64,000 bases of DNA from an uncultured Bacillales bacterium. GTDB taxonomy: Bacteria; Bacillota_I; Bacilli_A; RF39; UBA660. The position numbers and the translations under genes are program-made. Numbering within the stretch: position 1 is the first letter of the stretch; every line of letters starts with the position of its first letter. The notes beneath the pieces are model-generated. The model was not told the DNA's origin, did no database searches, and saw nothing but the letters and a program-made list of their open reading frames with translations. Shown here in pieces: positions 60,128 through 64,000 of the stretch. The DNA lies in contig CAOJDP010000001.1 in NCBI GenBank assembly GCA_948433085.1, positions 15,642 through 79,641 of the forward strand, given 5' to 3'.

Positions 60128-60429
60128 TATTTTGTTACAATAGATTTAATTTGAACTTTTGTATATGGTTGACGATGTCCTTGGGTTTTACGGTAATTTT
60201 TCTTTTGATTGTATTTGAAAACAATAATTTTCTTTTGTTTTCCATGTTTTATCACTTCCGCAGTAACTTTAGCTCCATTTACATAAGGGCGTCCTACTAC
60301 TCCGTTTGCCATTAATACACGATCAAATTCAATTACGTTACCAGATTCTACATCCATTTTTTCTATGTAAAGAACTTTTCCTTCTTCCACATAGTATTGC
60401 TTTCCACCAGTTTCAATAATCGCTTTCAT
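60127..60429 (-). CDS. rplU: 50S ribosomal protein L21
   Basis: [24 protein letters not shown]... Confidence 0.95.
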   Translation of the reverse strand: MKAIIETGGKQYYVEEGKVLYIEKMDVESGNVIEFDRVLMANGVVGRPYVNGAKVTAEVIKHGKQKKIIVFKYNQKKNYRKTQGHRQPYTKVQIKSIVTK

Positions 60430-60554
60430 AAATAACCTCCTTCATTAAAATCTCAGACTCACCATTAAGGCACATAACTGTTTTTACCTTTTCTGTGTGG
60501 TTGTAGAGTGAGGCTCTACACAATATAGGATTTTACCATAAAAAACCTTTTTTG
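60430..60554 (-). promoter_or_regulatory. Putative L21 leader (ribosomal-protein autoregulatory 5' UTR)
   Basis: A 125-nt leader precedes rplU, with a 7-bp hairpin TGTAGAG-tgagg-CTCTACA (60503-60521) and an AAGGAGG RBS. Firmicute rplU-prp-rpmA operons typically carry an L21 leader. Confidence 0.4.
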
Positions 60555-61304
60555 TCAAACAAATGGTTTAAAATATTGGTGCAACAGTGTTTTTTCTGTC
60601 TCCCATATATGATGATACAAATAAACATATTGGTACCCTCTTTTGATTTGATATAAATTAGGTGTTTTCATTTGCTTTGTTTTAAGAGGAAATGTATACA
60701 AATATCGTTCTAATAAAAATTTTTTCATTTGATAAGGAATTTGTTTTTTAAATTTAATGGTTTCTTTCATAATAAAGATAAGAATAATCACAAATATTAA
60801 ATTTTTAGAAAAAAAGGCATACAACAGTAGTATACAACTTCCTAGCATAGAAATCCAATATCCTATATATTGTGCATAATAATAAGGAAACATTTTTTCC
60901 AGAATCAATAACAATATTTTAGAGCCATCTAAAGGAATAATGGGAAGTAAGTTAAATCCAAGTAATAAAAAATGATAAATTGTAAACATAGGGTTGGTCA
61001 TGTGAAAATGACACAAAATAAAATATAGAAAAATTTGATAAATTGGGCCTAATAATACAATCCACCATTCCTGATAAGTAGGCCGATTTAATTGTTCGTT
61101 GAATACTGTCATTCCCCCAAAAGGAAAAATCATTACTCGTTCTATTTTCCAGCCATACCAAATCGCACCAGTTATATGCCCACATTCATGTATTAAAATT
61201 AAAAGAGAAATCCAAATATAATCTTTAAAATAACCAGTCAAAAAACAAATGAAACCAATTAGATAGTAAAGACAAGTAAATTCAATTTTAAAGGTGTTCT
61301 TCAT
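60555..61304 (-). CDS. spoIVFB: Site-2 (M50B) intramembrane metalloprotease SpoIVFB
   Basis: HExxH motif ILIHECGHITG in a TM segment, and the second motif LPIIPLDGSKIL. Its position directly upstream of rplU matches Bacillus synteny. Confidence 0.8.
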   Translation of the reverse strand: MKNTFKIEFTCLYYLIGFICFLTGYFKDYIWISLLILIHECGHITGAIWYGWKIERVMIFPFGGMTVFNEQLNRPTYQEWWIVLLGPIYQIFLYFILCHFHMTNPMFTIYHFLLLGFNLLPIIPLDGSKILLLILEKMFPYYYAQYIGYWISMLGSCILLLYAFFSKNLIFVIILIFIMKETIKFKKQIPYQMKKFLLERYLYTFPLKTKQMKTPNLYQIKRGYQYVYLYHHIWETEKTLLHQYFKPFV

Positions 61305-61896
61305 AGTCTAAGACAATTCCATTTTTTTTATAAACTAAATAAAGTTGATCTCCTTTTACCTCTCCTAATAAAGATCCTTTTTCTATGTAATCATAAAGTT
61401 TGACACTCATTGTATTTAAGTTGGAATACCAAACGTCAATTCCATCCATTTGTTGTACAATTACGGTATTTCCATACCCTTCTTTCTCTCCAACAAAAAC
61501 AATCATGCCACTTTCTAAAACGGGAACCAAATAGTGTTGATCAACTGTAAGTGCGACGCCATCTTTATATTTATGTTGCTCTTTAAAATTCAATTTTTCA
61601 TCAAAAACAGGTTTCGTCTGATCTTCTAAAAGGTTTAAAAAAGGAAGTGGCGATCCAAAATATTTTTGGTAAGTTGCGTTAATACTAGCAAATGAGATAT
61701 GATTCTCATAAACATATTGATAAAAAGTAGCGCGATAATTTTGATTGGACTTTAATGTAATTAGTACTGTAAGTGTTAATATGATTGTAATCCCCAACTT
61801 AGAAATGAATTTTGTATAGCTTGTACGTTTGGATATAGATGGTTTCTTTTTTTTATTTCTCATTTGATCTCGAACTTTATCAATATCTGTATGCAT
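61288..61896 (-). CDS. spoIVFA: SpoIVFA-like protein with a degenerate LytM/M23 domain
   Basis: An N-terminal TM segment and a C-terminal LytM-like LVPVLESGMIVFVGEKEGYGNTVIVQQMDGIDVWYSNLN. Synteny with spoIVFB supports the call. Confidence 0.6.
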   Translation of the reverse strand: MHTDIDKVRDQMRNKKKKPSISKRTSYTKFISKLGITIILTLTVLITLKSNQNYRATFYQYVYENHISFASINATYQKYFGSPLPFLNLLEDQTKPVFDEKLNFKEQHKYKDGVALTVDQHYLVPVLESGMIVFVGEKEGYGNTVIVQQMDGIDVWYSNLNTMSVKLYDYIEKGSLLGEVKGDQLYLVYKKNGIVLDYEEHL

Positions 61897-61926
61897 TCTA
61901 TCACCTAATTGATTCTATGTAGAGCT

Positions 61927-62415
61927 TCATTTGTTTAGAACATATTTATGTGGTTTTATAATTCCATATAGGATCCATCCGTAGATAATATTTAATAAAA
62001 AGGAAGAAAAGAATACTTGTAAAAATAATGTCCAATTCCAATTTTTATACCCTACTAAAATAAGTACCCCATAAGATAATACACGATAAAAAAAGAGGGA
62101 TAAGATCAAAGTCAAAATGAAACTATACCATCGTTCAGAAAAAATTAGAATCAATTTTTGGAAACAAAACCCTGTAGCTAAAAATAAACAGCTATGAAAT
62201 AAAAGGGTATTTGTCCAAGCAACATCATATAATAGCCCAATACAAAAGCAAAAAATATAATATTGTTTTTCTTGTTCCCAGTAATAACGACATAAAAGAA
62301 TCGCTACCAAAGTGAAAAGGGAATATCCTAAAAAAGGTATTTCATAAATAGAAAATGTTGCCTCTAGAAAAAAAGAAACAATTACAATTAGAATCAGTTT
62401 CATACAATGCCTCAT
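61927..62415 (-). CDS. mreD: Rod-shape protein MreD, by position and topology
   Basis: 162 aa with about 5 TM segments, and an ATGA overlap with the mreC stop. Confidence 0.5.
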   Translation of the reverse strand: MRHCMKLILIVIVSFFLEATFSIYEIPFLGYSLFTLVAILLCRYYWEQEKQYYIFCFCIGLLYDVAWTNTLLFHSCLFLATGFCFQKLILIFSERWYSFILTLILSLFFYRVLSYGVLILVGYKNWNWTLFLQVFFSSFLLNIIYGWILYGIIKPHKYVLNK

Positions 62416-63251
62416 TTCTTTAAAATAGTAACGTACCTAATGCTATCAAAGTCAACGCTTGGCTCTACAAAAACGGTGCGTGCTAAATCAAAATGATCTT
62501 TGGTCACTTTTTTTACAGAACCCAGCAAAATACCTGCTGGAAATGTATTTCCTAAGCCTGTTGTAATGACATGCATACCTTCCTTAATTTCTTTATTTTC
62601 AGCAATTCCTTCAATGACATAGACACCTCTACTTTGATCATACTGTGATAACAATCCATATACATATCCATTTTCAGTCTCAATTTTAACAGATATTTTA
62701 TGATCTTCTTCTACACTTGTAAATAATTTAACGGTACTGTTAAAGTTACTTGTATGAATGACCTCGCCTATAATCCCTTTAGGGGTTACTACAGCCATAT
62801 TTGGTTTAACTCCGTTTTTTTGACCCTTATCTATTATCAATGTCTGGTACCAAGTATCCATATTACGTGTGACTACTGTCGCATTTAAAAAATCACTTTC
62901 TACCAATGTTTGATTCAATTCTAACAATGATTTTAGTTCTTCCAATTCTGATTCCAATTCTTTATTTTTGGCCAAAATACTTTCTATTTGTTCGCTATTT
63001 TGTTCCAATGTTTTATAATCTCTATATATTTTATTTTTTTCTTGATTTTCATCAAATTTACCAGTAATAAAGTGAATAGGAGAAGATACTATTTTCTGAA
63101 TAAATAAAATACTGTCTTGTAATACTTGTTCTATTTTGCTTGGATGTCTTCGATCATTTACAAAGTACATTAGAAGTCCAAGTAAGAAAAGTATTACAAA
63201 CAGAATAATGATAATATAATATCTACTTTCTATTTTTCTTCTCTTTTTCAT
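62412..63251 (-). CDS. mreC: Rod-shape protein MreC
   Basis: N-terminal TM segment, a coiled coil (ELESELEELKSLLELNQ), and a beta-rich domain PKGIIGEVI...NTFPAGILLGSVKKV. The start was set at the internal MKKRRK (63251) to avoid a large overlap with radC. Confidence 0.8.
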   Translation of the reverse strand: MKKRRKIESRYYIIIILFVILFLLGLLMYFVNDRRHPSKIEQVLQDSILFIQKIVSSPIHFITGKFDENQEKNKIYRDYKTLEQNSEQIESILAKNKELESELEELKSLLELNQTLVESDFLNATVVTRNMDTWYQTLIIDKGQKNGVKPNMAVVTPKGIIGEVIHTSNFNSTVKLFTSVEEDHKISVKIETENGYVYGLLSQYDQSRGVYVIEGIAENKEIKEGMHVITTGLGNTFPAGILLGSVKKVTKDHFDLARTVFVEPSVDFDSIRYVTILKK

Positions 63252-63255
63252 TTTA

Positions 63256-63939
63256 TCACCTAAATTCATCATTTTCAAAAAAACTGTAGTACTGATTTTT
63301 TCCAATAATAATATGATCAATTAAAGGAATTCCTAATAGCTCTCCTACTTGTTTTAAATTTTGTGTAATTTGATAATCTTCTTGACTTGGAGTTGCATCC
63401 CCTGTTGGATGGTTATGAATACATACTACTGCAGTTGCCCCTGAAAGATAGGCTTCTTTAAAAATCTCTCTTGGGTGAATCATACTATAATTAAGGGTTC
63501 CAATAAACAAAAGTTTTTCTTTTACTACTTTCTTTTTAGAATCTAAGTATAGACAATAAACATATTCTTGTTTTTTATCCATTAATCTTTCTTTATAGTA
63601 TTCATATATTAATTCAGCGCAGTTTAACTTTTGTCCTTGAATACAAATCACATTTTGATGCATACGATTACCAAGTTCAACAGCGGAAAGTAAAATGCTT
63701 GCTTTTGATTTTCCGATTCCAGGAATGGTCAGTAATTTTTCATAGGTTATATTTTTTAAATCTGAAATCTGATTTAAATTAGCTAAAATCGTAGTTGCTA
63801 GTTCTTTAGATGATTGTTTTTTACTTCCTGTTTTCAATAATATAGCAAGCAATTCTTCATTACTAATTATCTCAACGCCATGTTGTAGTAAACGTTCCAT
63901 TGGACGTTCTTGTAATGGTATATCTTTAATTTTTGTCAT
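63256..63939 (-). CDS. radC: RadC-family JAB-domain protein (UPF0758)
   Basis: HhH N-terminal region (LLAILLKTGSKKQSSKELA) and the JAMM motif HNHPTGDATPSQEDYQIT. Confidence 0.85.
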   Translation of the reverse strand: MTKIKDIPLQERPMERLLQHGVEIISNEELLAILLKTGSKKQSSKELATTILANLNQISDLKNITYEKLLTIPGIGKSKASILLSAVELGNRMHQNVICIQGQKLNCAELIYEYYKERLMDKKQEYVYCLYLDSKKKVVKEKLLFIGTLNYSMIHPREIFKEAYLSGATAVVCIHNHPTGDATPSQEDYQITQNLKQVGELLGIPLIDHIIIGKNQYYSFFENDEFR

Positions 63940-64000
63940 TTGCCACTAACTCCTCATACTTAGCTAAAATCTGACTACAGGCAGCTTCTAGTGTTTTAGG

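Overview
This 64 kb window is AT-rich (about 28-30% GC) and almost entirely coded on the minus strand. It uses the standard bacterial genetic code, with TGA serving as a stop codon. The gene content points to a spore-forming low-GC Firmicute, most likely Erysipelotrichia or Clostridia-like. Sporulation genes present include sigG, spoIIP with a yqxA-like gene and lepA, spoIVFA-spoIVFB next to rplU-prp-rpmA-obg, and a ylmC/ymxH-family gene. The housekeeping backbone comprises a two-component system, tcdA, a minimal suf operon (sufC, a short sufB/D gene, sufS), hemW, lepA, gmk, truB, obg, ribosomal proteins L21 and L27, mreCD and radC. The accessory content is as follows. (1) One gene encodes about 12 near-identical 28-residue (84 bp) tandem repeats. 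(2) Two lineage-specific multi-HTH proteins are inserted at the normally conserved lepA-hemW junction. (3) Two tandem mini-collagen (GETGPTGP) BclA-like putative spore-surface proteins lie beside spoIIP. (4) A metal-resistance block comprises cadC-cadA and copZ-copA. (5) A decayed mobile or toxin island at about 43.9-48.1 kb carries an orphan phage-type holin plus M23 endolysin, a frameshifted orphan Rhs/YD toxin tip with a GH19 chitinase/lysozyme-like C-terminal domain, and candidate immunity genes. (6) There is an IS110-family insertion. (7) A block of uncharacterised genes includes an HExxH protein, a DUF3795 Cys-rich protein and an ABC-F protein. I found no rRNA or tRNA genes and no CRISPR array. 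All calls rest on reading the translations and on motif knowledge; no database searches were run.
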